The notes beneath the pieces are model-generated. The model was not told where the DNA came from and ran no database searches. It saw only the letters and a list, made by a program, of their open reading frames with translations. From the NCBI GenBank assembly GCA_023334545.1, contig JAADVB010000041.1, positions 1-64,000 on the forward strand: a DNA stretch of 64,000 nucleotides, given 5' to 3'. This DNA is from Salisapilia sapeloensis CBS 127946. Its lineage: Eukaryota > Protista > Oomycota. Shown here in pieces: positions 19,171-32,452 of the stretch; position 1 is the first letter of the stretch; the number at the start of each line of letters is the position of its first letter. The position numbers and the translations under genes are program-made.

Positions 19171-22100
19171 ATGGGGGATTCGAGGCCGACTTCGGTGGAC
19201 CCAGTCCAAGGGACAGGGGCTGCAGGAAAGGATAAAGAAACCGTCAAAGTTGTAGTCAGGTGTCGACCTCTTTTCGGTAAAGAGCTTGTGGAAGGTCGAA
19301 CGTCGATCGTCTCACTTGATCTACCGGCGGCTGTGATCGCAATCAAATGTCCTGAAAATGGTCAAGTCAAGCCATTTACTTTCGACTCGGTATATGATGA
19401 AACAACTACACAGCGACAGTTCTACGACGAATCCGCTTACCCGCTGGTTGAAAGCATCTTTGAGGGTTACAATGGAACCATCTTTGCTTATGGACAAACA
19501 GGGTGCGGAAAGACGCATACGATGCAGGGTCAGGACGAGCCTCGAGAGCTACGAGGAGTGATCCCGCTCTCTTTCGGCCACGTTTTTGAAAACATCAGTG
19601 CAGATACCAAACGAGAGTATATGGTTCGTGCTTCATACTTGGAAATATACAATGAAGAAATTCGAGACCTTCTCGGAGACGATGCAAAGAAACGACTGGA
19701 ATTGAAGGAAGGAGCTGATGGAGGCGTATACGTAAAAGACTTGACCGAAGTCGTTGTAAGCGACTTTGATGCAATGAACAAAGCGATGATGCGCGGCTTT
19801 AAAAATCGAACGGTTGGCGCGACACTTATGGTAGCCTTGTCATTTCCCGAATCTTGATACATGGGCCACGTTAACATCCAACAAATGTAGAACCAAGGCT
19901 CTTCACGATCTCATTCGATATTTACAATTGTTGTGGAGACAAGTGAGAAGGTTGACGGAGACGAAAGGTTCAAAGCAGGAAAGGTACACTTTTCTGTAGT
20001 TATGCTGTGTTTACAAGATCGATGCTAACCTGGACAATGTATGATACAGCTCAATCTTGTTGATTTGGCTGGAAGCGAGAGACAAAGCAAGACTGGGGCC
20101 ACTGGAAGCCGTTTAAAGGTACTTCTTTCTTTCCAAACTAAATCATTTGGTATGAAAGCAAGTGTTCTTACGCATGAATAGGAAGGATGCAAAATCAATT
20201 TGAGTCTTTCTGCATTAGGCAACGTTATTTCGGCACTTGTGGATGGCAAAGGCAAGCACATTCCGTACCGTGACTCGAAACTCACACGACTACTTCAAGA
20301 CTCGCTCGGTGGAAATACGAAAACACTTATGGTTGCTGCTGTTAGCCCAGCCGACTACAATTATGACGAAACACTATCGACGTTACGCTATGCTAATCGA
20401 GCAAAGAATATTAAGAACAAACCAGTCGTTAATGAAGATCCAAAAGATGCCAAATTGCGAGAGTTTAAAGAAGAAATTGATCGGCTTCGCAAACTACTGG
20501 AAACCCAGACAAGAGGTGGCAATGGAATTGAGTCGTTAAGTGGAACAACTACGCCTGATCGGTTGATTACTCCGAATGATCTCACAAGGCCAGATATGTA
20601 TATGCCACCAGTTTATGAGGCTAACCTAGCGAAAGAAAGAGAGGAAGTTGCGAAACGCCAGCAAGAAGCTCAAGAGATGTACCAGAAAGCCCAGAAAATG
20701 ATGGAAGAAGCAAAAGCTCTTCAGCAACAAAAGGCTGCGCAGATGAAGGAATTAAAAAGTAACCAGTTAGTCACACCAAGATTGTCTACCTCTACCCTCT
20801 CCGAAGATGTTTTGCGTGGTGAAGAGTCCGATGACGATCAGGATGAATCCTACTCACCGGGACGAGGCGAAAGCGGTGCGGACATGGCTTCACTAGAACC
20901 TACAGTACCCTCAACAATTGAAGAAGGTTACGAACATACGCCAAACGAAGATTCGGATGGAGATACACCAAATGAACATTACGATAACGATCTACCAAAG
21001 GGACATTCAGATGAAGATACCTACCAAAAGGAAGCAGAGGTAGCGGCTGCGCTCGAGAAAGCAGAGCGAATGGACTCAGAAGCTCGAAAGATGATGGAAA
21101 TGGCAGAAAAGCTAATGAAAGAAGCATCAGAACGGTCGGAGCAGACTCCAAAAGTCGAAGTTGTGAAAGAACTTGTCTATAAGGAAGTGATTCCGGATGA
21201 TCATTTAAAACAACATGAAGAACTGAAGAAAATGAACGAATCTATGCTAAACAAGCACGCTGTAATGGGTCAAGAACTCAAGCAAGCCCAAGACATCATG
21301 GAAGCCCACATGCGTGAGAAAAGTGCGATAGAAGCAAAGTTGCGTAAGATTGAAGGTCAAATACTTGGAATGTCAAATGGAAAAGAAAATTCTTCGACTG
21401 GAGTCGACGATACGGAAATTGCGTTAATAAAACAACAGGTTGAATATAGGCGCGCACAGATAAAGCTGCGTCAGAAAGCAAAGAAGGATGCGAAACGAGA
21501 GGCGGAGAAGAAAGCACTGGAAGCTGAGAAGCACATGATTGAAGAGGAGCTAAAATCGACTCAGGAACAAGTTCAGGTGAGTCTTGCAGCGGCGAAGAAA
21601 CGAGAAATGAAATATAAGCACAAGATGGAGGCAGCTAAGCAAGAAGTTACTGATCTCACGACTGAATTTGAACGTGAGCGAGAAAATTTATTAGATACGA
21701 TACGAGAACAGACAAAGGAGTTTAAGCTGCTGGAGCAGCTAGTAGAGCTGTTTATGCCGCATAGCGAGCTCGTAAAAGTTTGGGAACGTTCGGTTTGGAA
21801 TGAGGAAAAAGAAGAATGGCGCTTGCCAAAAATCAAGCCTCGAAGTGACTTCCAAAAGTTAAAGCTGCCTACCTTTCAAAGCTCAGCTGGGTCAGCTGAC
21901 ATAAACAAAAAGTCAAGCGGTGAACGTCCTCCGTCGTCTGAAGCCGAAACTGGTGGAGCAGTTGTAGTCTTGGATGATGAATACATGCCAGTACAATCTA
22001 CTCGAAATCCACCCAGTGCTCGTTTACAGCTGACACCACCTTCTTACGCCACAGCTCGCAAGCGTGCTCCATCTCGATCGAAACTTCACGGCACAGTGAA

Positions 22101-22905
22101 TGGAAGGCTCACAGCCATTGGGCATTCTGCAGATCATAATATAAATGATGCTCAGCACAAAGTTACTATGTCAGATTTTGAAGAATCAGTGAGCAACAAT
22201 GCTGCTACGACAAGAAAGCACCTCGGTACACTGAAAGTGGATAGAAAGTACGAAAAGATGCGGCCTGAATACGATAATGAGCTGTACAGTTTGAAGATTG
22301 GCAATGGCTCAGAATATAGTACGAGCCAAGAGCAGGCTACTAATGGACGCAAATCAAGAGAGGGGCTGTTAAAGTCTGGCACGAACTGCCTGGACGGAGG
22401 TCAAGGACTATCATCGCAACTCAGCAATCGAGCATCTGCATTTACGACTAATAAGATGGATTTCTCGTTCGGCTCAGAAGAAGAGCTTTTGGCTGCAATT
22501 GAAAAGGAATACGAGCCTCGAGATCGACTCGAATCAAGACAAGGATCACGAGGTGATTTGTTAAAGAGTAGAAACGGACACCACTCTGAGTTCGGGTCCA
22601 GTCAGTCTATACTGGGAGAGTTTGATCGACCGGAACAGTCAGAATCATATCAAACTACTGGTGCATACGATGCCTATGAAAAAGCAAGCCGGGAAAAATC
22701 TAAAAGCAAGAGTGGAAGTCGGAAACATCGTGATAAGAAATCCAAGTCATCTAGAAAGTCGCAAATTGGGGAGGGTGGAGGAGAGGAAGTTCATGTTGAT
22801 CAAGAATTTGCCGATGTCACCGGTAAAAGCAAGCACAAGAAGAAACACAAGCATAAGGAAAGAGGTCGGGATGAGCTTAATGATTTAAAGTATGAAGAGA
22901 TGTAA
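19171..22905 (+). CDS. Kinesin-2 (KIF3/KIF17-like, intraflagellar-transport type) motor, 4 exons
   Basis: Exons 19171-19830, 19891-19983, 20050-20118, 20182-22905; [47 protein letters not shown]; coiled-coil stalk and [11 protein letters not shown] tail motif. Confidence 0.92.
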
Positions 22906-22962
22906 GACCGATCCCTTTTTCTTGCACAGAACTCCGACTCCAGGCACCCATCTATCCATGGA

Positions 22963-25428
22963 TTAAAATCGACAAATCTGTTTTCGCGATGTTTTAACTG
23001 TTAATGCGTTGATCTCTGCGAGTTTTCGCATCTTCTTTTGGGCTTGGAAGAAAGCAACGGAATCGGGATCCTGGGCTCGAACGCGCTCTAGCTCTAATTG
23101 CTCGTAATTTGCTCCTTCACTGAGAGCTTCCAGCATTGTCGGATCTTGCTGCGCATACCACTCGTCAAAGTCACGAGCAAGACGCATTTTGAGCAATTCA
23201 ACACTTCTCTTTGCAAACTCGATTTCTGATGTTGCTTCTTTAAGTTCTCCATAGAGATTCCTGTAGTCTCTTTTCGCCTGGCGTTCTGCAGTCATAGCAA
23301 GAAATTCTTCTTCGTCAACGACTTCTTCATCTTCTTCTAAGCCTAGTTTGGCACGCTGCTTGGCTGTGATTGTGCCGTTAGCCTTCGCATTCTCTTCCTT
23401 TTGGCGTTGCTTGTCCATAATTTTGGCTTGAGCTTCATCAATTTTGGCTTTTGCTTCATTTAGCTTGCTCGTAAGCTGTTTGGCTTTTTGCTTTGCTTCA
23501 GAAAGTTTCGCTTTCTCTTCACCAAGATCATTCCTCACTTCTTTTCCGATATTCATTTGATAATGCTTGAAGACCTTACTTTTCATAGCACTTTCGTATG
23601 CGTTAGGAGGTTGGACCTGGACTTCGATTGTCTCTGTTGTATTGTTTCCAGCTTGAGTTTCAGGTTGTTGATCACCTACTTTGTGGTTTTGCTTTTTAAG
23701 TCGCAAAGATCCACCTCTTTCTGGCTTTGTTGGATGAGCATCGGTATCTGGTATATGCTTCACAACCACTTCAGGAGCGTGCTCTTCCACCCTATCACTC
23801 TTCTTTTTCTTCATACTATCAATGGTCGTTGGTCGAGCACTATTCGCAACTTGCCCGAGAGGAAATCCGATTGATTTTGGATCTTCTTCTCCAACAAGCT
23901 CTTCACCTTGTGACCTCGCTGAGTTTCCGTGATGGCCATCGCCTAAGACGGCAGTGGAAGCTTGGGATCTGGACGCATTAGAACCAGCCGAGTGCCCTCG
24001 AAGAGTAGCTGTACTAGCCCTCAAAGTCGAGACATCGTTCTCCACGTTTTTATACAGACGCTTAAACTGACGGAAGAGCTCTCGAATCTCATTGACACTG
24101 CTAAAGTGAAGCATTTCGTCTTCTTCTGTCTGAGACGTCGCCTCCAGAAAGTCTTGTATACGTTTCAATAGCTGATGTTTTTGCTCCGGAGTATGCTCAT
24201 CGTAGATGACACCACTGCGTTCCGTTAATGCATCATGCATGACTAACTCCTGCTTGAGCTCTTTGATCTGCTTCTCATATTTTCTGAGTAGTATTCCTGG
24301 ATCCGTCTCGTATATCGTTGATGTTTCGTTCTGAACACGCATCATGCGCTGCGCTAGCTTCAAAGTCGAGATGGTCTCTTCTAAGTGGGTGCTGTCACCC
24401 CAAATGCAAGCAAACATAAGCGTATTCGAGTTTCCTCCCAAGGAGTCCTTTAGAACGTTTGTGAGCTTTGACTGTCGATAAGGCACGTGGCGGTGTTCTT
24501 TTGAACCTAGCGCAACAATGCACTGCTCCAAGAAGCTTAAACTCTGATTAATGTACATGGACTCTTTCTGCAAGGCTGACACACTTGTTTCATCATCTAC
24601 CGTCTTCTTTAACCTTTCACTGCCAGCCAAATCGACGAGGTGGAGCTTGCTGTGAAGTACCTTTTCGTTGCCTCCAATCCTAGACTTTCGAGCAAGGTGG
24701 ATTGTAAATATGCAATGTGACCGATTCGATCGCTTGTTTAGCCGATGCTCGGAAACTGTCCGTTGGAGTTCCCCGTAAAACAACTGATCCAGCGCTTCTT
24801 GTTCCGTGCGCACAGCCACATGTGTGAGGCCTCGAACGTATGTACCTTTTCCATCTTCTATGACCACCGGTTCACCGGTTCGATTGTCAGGAAGTTCAAT
24901 GCCTGCTGCTGGGTCCAGGAGATCGTAGATGCGGTCATTATAGATTTCCATGTAGGAAACCCAAATATCGTACGACATTTCGATTCGGTTGTCTACTTCC
25001 TGAAAGATCTGTGCAATGGAGCGTGGTGCAATACCACGATGCTGGTAGTTGCGCGTATCTCCGATCATGGTAAAAGACTTTCCCGTACCGGTCTGTCCAT
25101 AGGCTAAGATCGTTCCGTTGACACCTTCACCTACAGTGCCTTGCACAATGTCTTTTGCCATCGACTCGTATACGTGCTCTTGATCACAGTCGTGCAGGAC
25201 TTGATGGAACTTGAAGTTCCACTGATCCTTTCGATTAGAAGGCGCTGAGCCGTACTTGGACGGTGACGACGCTGGCTTCAGTGGCGAAGAAGGCAAATTC
25301 GATTGCTGCCCAGTCTGGTTCCGAAGCACTGTGATGGCATTTTCATCCGGATCAATCTGAATGTGAGACAATGGCATGTTGGCCATCGGACGCATCCGAA
25401 TTGTGACTTTGATGCCGCTTCGACCCAT
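22963..25428 (-). CDS. KIF9: Kinesin-9 (KIF9/KLP1-like, flagellum-associated) motor, single exon
   Basis: [28 protein letters not shown], and C-terminal DPDSVAFFQAQKK typical of kinesin-9. Confidence 0.88.
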   Translation of the reverse strand: MGRSGIKVTIRMRPMANMPLSHIQIDPDENAITVLRNQTGQQSNLPSSPLKPASSPSKYGSAPSNRKDQWNFKFHQVLHDCDQEHVYESMAKDIVQGTVGEGVNGTILAYGQTGTGKSFTMIGDTRNYQHRGIAPRSIAQIFQEVDNRIEMSYDIWVSYMEIYNDRIYDLLDPAAGIELPDNRTGEPVVIEDGKGTYVRGLTHVAVRTEQEALDQLFYGELQRTVSEHRLNKRSNRSHCIFTIHLARKSRIGGNEKVLHSKLHLVDLAGSERLKKTVDDETSVSALQKESMYINQSLSFLEQCIVALGSKEHRHVPYRQSKLTNVLKDSLGGNSNTLMFACIWGDSTHLEETISTLKLAQRMMRVQNETSTIYETDPGILLRKYEKQIKELKQELVMHDALTERSGVIYDEHTPEQKHQLLKRIQDFLEATSQTEEDEMLHFSSVNEIRELFRQFKRLYKNVENDVSTLRASTATLRGHSAGSNASRSQASTAVLGDGHHGNSARSQGEELVGEEDPKSIGFPLGQVANSARPTTIDSMKKKKSDRVEEHAPEVVVKHIPDTDAHPTKPERGGSLRLKKQNHKVGDQQPETQAGNNTTETIEVQVQPPNAYESAMKSKVFKHYQMNIGKEVRNDLGEEKAKLSEAKQKAKQLTSKLNEAKAKIDEAQAKIMDKQRQKEENAKANGTITAKQRAKLGLEEDEEVVDEEEFLAMTAERQAKRDYRNLYGELKEATSEIEFAKRSVELLKMRLARDFDEWYAQQDPTMLEALSEGANYEQLELERVRAQDPDSVAFFQAQKKMRKLAEINALTVKTSRKQICRF

Positions 25429-25704
25429 CTTTCGCCAATCCTACGGTTCTACCTGTATGGATTCAATTGCTCTTCCAATGAAACTCTCTGAAGAGGGTAT
25501 TGGTTTTCATCGCAATTGATATTTATATCTCCAACTGTCCGAAACGTACCCGACATAGTCCATAGACTATAAAAAGTGTTTTCAAACAAAAAGTATCCGA
25601 TTGAATAAACGGCACACAAATGGTACTATACCACCATCCAACGACTGGATCAAAAAGGGCTCGAGCACCTCGGACGATCGCTACCTCTATTCAAGATTAG
25701 AACC

Positions 25705-26906
25705 ATGGCGGCTGCTGCAACGGAGCTATCTACCTTTATCAACAGGCTGCAGCCAGAAGGCAGCGCCAACCTCGATCTAGCCACCTCCATCCAGTCGGAG
25801 GACTGGAAGGCTGTCGTACAGGAAGCTTCCCCCCGTGTCCAAGCTCTGCTCACGCCTGACGCTGAAGAGACTGACGTCGAAGCTTGCTTCCGTCTCCTCA
25901 CAGATGTAGCGCTCCAGCTTCCGTCGCCTCAGAACGAAGAAACGCTTCGTCAGGTCGTTACGGAAGCTCTGAAATCCGTCGACGATGCACCTCTCCTCCG
26001 TCTTCGAATGTACGTTTGTCTATCCCAACTATGCTCCTGATACATCTACGTATCGAGGTATTCATATTTCTGTGCAATAGTGCTTCGAACGTATTCAATC
26101 AGGCATCTGCCCTCCACAACTTCCGTGTGGATGTCCTCCTTCAGCTCATTGACGCCGCTGGACGTTGCAACCGTCTCGAGCTCCTGTCGAGCTACTTTGA
26201 GAATGTCGAGACTCTGCTTGGAAACTCCTTGACCGACGAAAAACGGTGCCACTTGTACATTGCCATCGCTGATGTGCTTGAAAAGCAGGACTCGAAAAGC
26301 ATCAAGTCGCTTCTCTTCCTCGAAAAAGCTGCCTCCACACAGAAAGACACCGACAGTGGCAAAGACTTGGCCGTTCGATGCGCTCGTCGATTCGCACAGC
26401 AGCCGATCTCGGCGTTCCTATCTGGCGTCGATTTCCTCGCCAACCCTTTGATCCAGTCTTTGAAGCAAAGCGAAGCGCAGCTCTTTGAACTGGTCGACAT
26501 CCTGTCGTCCAAGACCATCGTCGAGTTCACTGCCTTTGCATCCAAGGCCGGAAGCGACTTTTTCAAGACGAATGAAATTGATGAAAAGGAATGCGCCAAC
26601 GCCATGACGCTCCTGTCGCTATGTGCATTGCCCACTGGCTTTGACACGGTGTCGTACGCGACGCTGGCTAAGCAGATGCAAGTGGACGAGGCAGAGGTGG
26701 AGAAGTGGGTCGTGAAAGCCATCACTGCGCACGTGGTGGAGGCCAAGGTCGACCAGCTGAGCCGTGCAGTCGTGCTAACGCAGACGTTGTCGAGAGGGTT
26801 CCAGACGGACGACTGGAAACTTGTGCAAAAGCGTTTGGCAACGTACAAAAAGAACGTGCGAGCGTTGTTGGATACGGTCCGTCAGGCGAAACTGAATGGA
26901 AAGTAG
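25705..26906 (+). CDS. EIF3M: Translation initiation factor eIF3 subunit M (PCI domain), 2 exons
   Basis: Intron 26010-26080 joins LRLR-I-ASNVFN; C-terminal PCI ..SYATLAKQMQVDEAEVEKWVVKAI..VEAKVDQL..W..VQKRL. Confidence 0.85.
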
Positions 26907-27138
26907 AACCGGCATGAAGAATTTTGGAGGCTGCGAATGCTTAGGGCACGATACAATAGTAGGCTTTGGAAGTGAGCGCCTCTAAGTAGAGAAAAAAAAG
27001 CAGAAACAGGATCGAGACGTATACCTTTTTTTACTCTCTCGTTTGCATTTGATACTCCCTTACTAGCTGTAACCTTGAACTATTCCTCCTATCGGTCGTT
27101 ATTTTTGGAAACGTGGCTACTTGACAGCAGCAGCATAG

Positions 27139-29025
27139 ATGTTTGATGTAGATGAACCATCCAAACAAGACATGGAAGAGAATGAGGTGAAGATAGACCA
27201 AGAAAAGCTTCAAGATGATGCAGCTCGAGATGAAGTAGATGAGAGTGAGTCGGATAATCGAGATGAAGCAGACGACAACGAGTTAGATCATCCAAATGAT
27301 AGCGATGCAGAGAGTATCGAGTCTAGTAGGAGTATGTCGGATGATGCACTTGTAAGTTATTGTATCGAAGTGATTGCATGACGTATTGATGAGTCATGGT
27401 ATGGATGGAAGTAGGTCATGCAGATCGGTCAGAGCTTTGCTGAGGCTATGCTATTTGCCTTTTCGATACCAGAAGGTCCACCAGAACCTCCTTCCTTGGT
27501 GGATTTATCCAGAGAAGTGGAACCTGTCCCGACACAAACCGATCGACGTGTACATAAAGCGAGTGCGAGGAAGCGACGGTCGAGCACAGGTACAACGTCT
27601 CAGGCGTGGGAGGATGAAAGTGCGTATGGAACTCGGCGAAGTTTGCGTAAAGACCGACTGACGGTAGGAAGTAGAAGACCATCGCACGCGTCAGCGTATG
27701 TGCCACCTAGATCCTCCGCTTCCGTCAAAAATCCCTTCTTCGATTCATTGAAACTCAAGAAGCATCGTTCGCCACCCAAGAGAGATACGTCAGAGTGGGG
27801 TGACTTTGGAGCAACTCTTGATAATCTGTCTCCAAGTAGAGGAATATCAACTGCCGACCATCTTCAGTACTCACTTCAAACGCCACCTACCTGTCTTTCC
27901 GTCGATCGAGGAGAATATCAGCGACGACAAAGCGTCGAAGAAGAAATCCGGAGGCGAACAACTCATGCAAAAATCCAGGAGCAGAAGCTGTGGCAGCTAT
28001 CACAACTGCGCATTCCGCACGAAAACACAGTTGAGACTCCATCCAAGAGCAATCCGACCGAAAGTGTTCTGACGAGAGATGCAATTGTATCCGAAGTTCT
28101 GTTCAGGGATCGCTCGGGAAGTCTAAGCATCGCTCGAGACGGTATCGTGGGAGAAAGCACAGATACTATGGGTAAGAGGCATCAACTCAAAGGAGCCACA
28201 ATCGACCTTTGCGTCAAGTTTCCACTCGGTCCCACAAATGACACGACTGCGAACACCGACATGGATGAGGTTATCGTTTCATCAACAAAGGACGAAAGCA
28301 TTGAAAGCAGCGTTGTCATCTACCCAAAGCTAGAGCTGGACACATCCAAAACAGAATTGGCGAAAGGCGTCAGAATAAAATCACCTCGTCGGCTTTCTCC
28401 TATGAAGTCACCATCAGCATCTCGGCAAATCAACCCCAACGAGGCGCTTTTTTCGGTCGGAAAGCCATCTAATCTATCTGTAATACCTGAAGATAGAAAA
28501 GCGTCTTCCAGTAGACTTCAAGGACAAGTGCTTTCGAATGCAGCACTTGACCAGTCAAATGATGTAAATACGCTCTCATTAAACCAACTAGGCGATAGCA
28601 CCACATATGCCGTGACAGCTCGCTCTCCAATATCACGCAAGTCCATGGTAAGCTGCTAATTGACTTTAATTTGCTCAGCACGAGAACAATTAATTTTTGA
28701 AAAGCGTCAGGAACACACTAAACCCAAGCTAGTTCGTACTAGAACTCCTGCACTTCCCAACCGTGTATCGAGAAAGTCGATTGCAGCATTGCGTGATCCG
28801 TTTGAAGTGTCAATAGATGAGGAAGAAACAGCTTTATCTCCCATCGATGCGTCTATACAGACTCCAAGTAGACTAAAACAGCGATATTCTCGATTGTCAC
28901 AGTCAAAGTACATGCGTGAGTTTCCTCGACCTAGTGACGGTGCTGTTCGTGTCTACCAAGACACAAGTCCTCAAGCGTTTTCTCAGATCATGCAAACACC
29001 GCAATTTATCAAGGGCAAACGATAA
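27139..29025 (+). CDS. Uncharacterised low-complexity, probably disordered protein, 3 exons (about 586 aa)
   Basis: Two 63-nt phase-0 GTAAG..AG introns (27352-27414, 28648-28710) join three track ORFs into one frame; acidic N-terminus, many S/T-P sites; no recognised domain. Confidence 0.7.
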
Positions 29026-29078
29026 TCCTTTTTGAATCGACTGGAATGGAAATATGATTTTTAAAGCATGCACCATGT

Positions 29079-30623
29079 CTACGAGTGAACGTTCTTTGTC
29101 TTCAAATCCTTGTCTCGCTTCATGGCAGCCGCGACGAAGGCTGCGATCATTTGAGAGTGGAAGACCTGGTAGACTAACGTCCCGGCGTAAAAGAAGTTCG
29201 CGTTCCCAGAGCCTGGAAACAACCATAGGAACCACATCACTGGAAACATGACGGAAGCTGCACCCAAGCCAAGGACGTAGAGGTATCCGTTTTTCATCAC
29301 TATGCACAGGAATGTTAAAATAAAGTCAGTCTCGTTTATGGGTTTCTAGACATACTCGAAATGTTTTTTGGATGCATGGACAAGAGTGCAAGTAACAAGC
29401 CAAAGTCCGCAAGAGATGGATATGCTTGAAAGGCATTTAAAAGACCAAATAAGACGGCTGCATACGCCTGTGGTCGATTCCTATGATACAAAAATGAGAA
29501 CAAATGTAGACTTTAATAGGCTATTGGGATCATACTGGAGTCGTAGGTAGATTGGAAAAATGTAGATGTACGGATGTAGGTGGAAGATGCAGAGAAAGTA
29601 GGGAACGAAGCGGTCGAAGACTTCCATGAAGAAATACCAGAATACACCAATGTTGGGTGTCAAGTCCGAGTACGTAGCAACCCACACGTACGTTTCCTAC
29701 TCCAGTACACAATAAATAAAGATAAATGCTCAGGTATTTCAGCGTTCATACCTGGAAAAATGTCCAATCCCCAGTCACGAGGTAAGATGCAAAGAGTAAG
29801 AGGCATGTAGATACTGCATTGGCGACGAAGCATTTTGTATACACGAGAGCAAGGGAGGAGGACGGTTGTTGAGACTGGATTTCGAGGCCAATAGGAATGA
29901 TCAGGAAAAATGGATAGAAAGCCAAGTACGTCGCGATAGACAGACTAATGGCGGATAGAACGAGATTTCCTATTCATGAGAAACCGGTAAGTACTAGCGC
30001 ACGCAATATGGCATTGCACAGTAATCATACGTTGAGCGGCGAACATAAGACTGTAGGTTACTGCAAGATGTGTGAAGCATGACGTCCCTAACGCGACATT
30101 GGCTGCCAACGTGTACGGATTAAAGAGATATCTACGACAAGTATGAGTGTTTCAGATACTTTCTATCTAGAAGGCTAATTACGTACACGCAGGCAGAAAT
30201 GATGGGGACATTGACATCTCGGAATAGTTCCGAGACAGGAATACTCTCTTTGAGATTGGTCTCCTCTGTCTTTATCACTCGTTCGCATAATTTGTAGCAT
30301 CCGATCGCAATGAGGACGTCGACAAGTATGAACACAGCGACGATTACATAGTGTCGAAGGGGTTCAGTTAAAGACGATACAATTGGATGAAAGAGAGCAA
30401 GAAGAAGTGGTTGCTGGTGATAGATATCGCCACTATAGGCCGATCCAGTGTGGTCTAGTAACGCAATTCCTTCCAATAACCTTGAAAAGGAAGAGAGTGG
30501 TGTCACGAGCTCTGGCCTGGAAGACAAAAGATTCTCCAAGTAAGGATATGAATGAAGAACAAAGCGTAAACTTGCCCCAATGGCCAATGCAGCGACCAGC
30601 GACCGAGGTACTGCCGCGTCCAT
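29079..30623 (-). CDS. PIGU: GPI transamidase subunit PIG-U (GAB1/CDC91), multi-exon
   Basis: SSRPELVTPLSSFSRLLEG, SGDIYHQQPLLL, SDLTPNIGVFWYFFMEVFDRF, GSGNANFFYA; GT-AG introns between the ORF pieces. Confidence 0.92.
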
Positions 30624-30858
30624 GATGCTAGATCGAAATGTGTTGTAAGAGGCATCTTTTACCACATATTCTTTGCATTTTATTTTTTAAGTATGCGTAA
30701 TTATTCAATAATTGTGTCTTATTGGTGGATATGTATATAATTCAAACATTTTACAACTGATTTATATTAAACCGCGTATTTGCAATATAAAAGGAGATAT
30801 GGAAGTGACTAAACATCACTAACGTGACGAACGATACTGAGAAAGGCGGCTGGGAAGA

Positions 30859-31788
30859 ATGGCGAACAGCCAAGGCATGCGGCGTATTGGTCTCGCTGCA
30901 GGAGGTGCAGTGGTCTACATCAGTGCCACGGCAGCTGCGTATCTGTACTTTTACGAGCCGAAAGAACCGTCGAACAAGTTCACGAACGATGATCGACTCC
31001 AGGTCTTTAATGCGAACGCCAAACGCTACAACCAAGGTCTACTATCAGCTTATGTCGTATTAAGCGGCTGCATCAGCCACTATTGGTGTTTTGATTCTTA
31101 CCATGCATTCTGCGTACCTGTGTATATAATAGATATCGGATGGGATGAGCACTTCACCGGCATCTCGTTAATGCGTCGAATGCTATTAAAGAAAGCAACC
31201 GGATCGACCTTAGAAGTAGCTGCTGGGACTGGAAGAAACGTGGACTATTATCCAGCTCAAGTCCAAAAGCTCATGCTTACGGACTTTAGTCCCGACATGC
31301 TTGAACAAGCACCTACGTCCACCTCCAACTCGGCCCTCGATCTACAAACCAAAGTACGTCCTTTTGTATAGGTTTCTTCTGCGTTACCCTTATTGATACG
31401 TTGATAGGTGATGAGTGCAGACAACCTAGAGTTCAACACCAACAGCTTTGATACAGTTGTGGATACATTCGGATTGTGCAGTGTGGATGATCCGGTCCAG
31501 GCGTTGCAAGAGCTGCAGCGAGTGGCAAAGCCAAATGCTAAGATTTTATTGCTAGAGCACGGTAGGAGTCACTACCACTGGCTGAGTAGTATATTGGATA
31601 AGTTTGCACCAGCGCATCTCCGTCGGTGGGGATGTGAGTGGAATCGAGATATGCTGCAAGTTGTGGACGATGCAGGGTTGCAAGTGGAGACGGTGCATCG
31701 CTTCCATTTCGGGACAACGTACTATATCGTTGCTAAACCATCAGAGAAGAAGCAATTGAGTGAACATGAAATGGAAACGGAGACGTGA
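30859..31788 (+). CDS. SAM-dependent methyltransferase, OMS1-like, 3 exons
   Basis: N-terminal TM, LEVAAGTGRN, FDTVVDTFGLCSVDDP, LLLEHGRS, WGCEWNRD. Confidence 0.85.
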
Positions 31789-32452
31789 TCAATATAAACA
31801 CAGGTTTTGCTGCTGATGAAGATACTATTGCTTGGTCCGATCCTGTTGCTGTGGATGAATGCCTTGATAGGATCTACGTCTCAATTTGCTTTAATTGTAA
31901 CGAATTGTTATGATGTTTACTATTGTATCCAGTAGCTTTAATGAACGAATCGTTTGGTGTAGATTTGCCTCTGTGGATGGAGCTGAGAAAGATGTGATTG
32001 ATACTGTAATCAGACGTCAAGTGGTTCACTAGTATCGAAATGCACCGTCTCAATCTCGTACAAATCATGCATCATCTTCACTTCATCCGGTACGCATAGG
32101 ACCAAAGCTACATGCCTAGTACTATCGTTTAATAGACAGATTACTTTTTTATGTGGCCACCTCCTTGTTCAATATCATTGAAATGATCAAACTTGTCCTA
32201 TCACACAAATATACATGAGGCATCGCCTCTTGGTTACCATAGGCAGTACATGGTGTCTATAAAATATTAAAAGCACGAGCAAATACTTTACTGCTTTACA
32301 ATCCAGTAGACGAATATTGAAGGGAAGGTATCATATGTGGCCTGGGTACCAATATTGAAGCTATACGCATATAAACTCGTAAGAGTGAACGTTACAAGAG
32401 TGAAGCGTCACCTTGAGTGCTTCCCATTCCAAGTCTCAAGTATAGCGACAAC

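Noticed and set aside
6976-30623. Functional cluster linking the GPI-like EGF protein with PIG-U
   Set aside because: They are over 20 kb apart with unrelated genes between; coincidence is more likely.
31790-32450. Possible box C/D snoRNA or small gene between the methyltransferase and roadblock genes
   Set aside because: TGATGA and CTGA occur but without a terminal stem or recognisable rRNA antisense element; the short ORFs are unconvincing.
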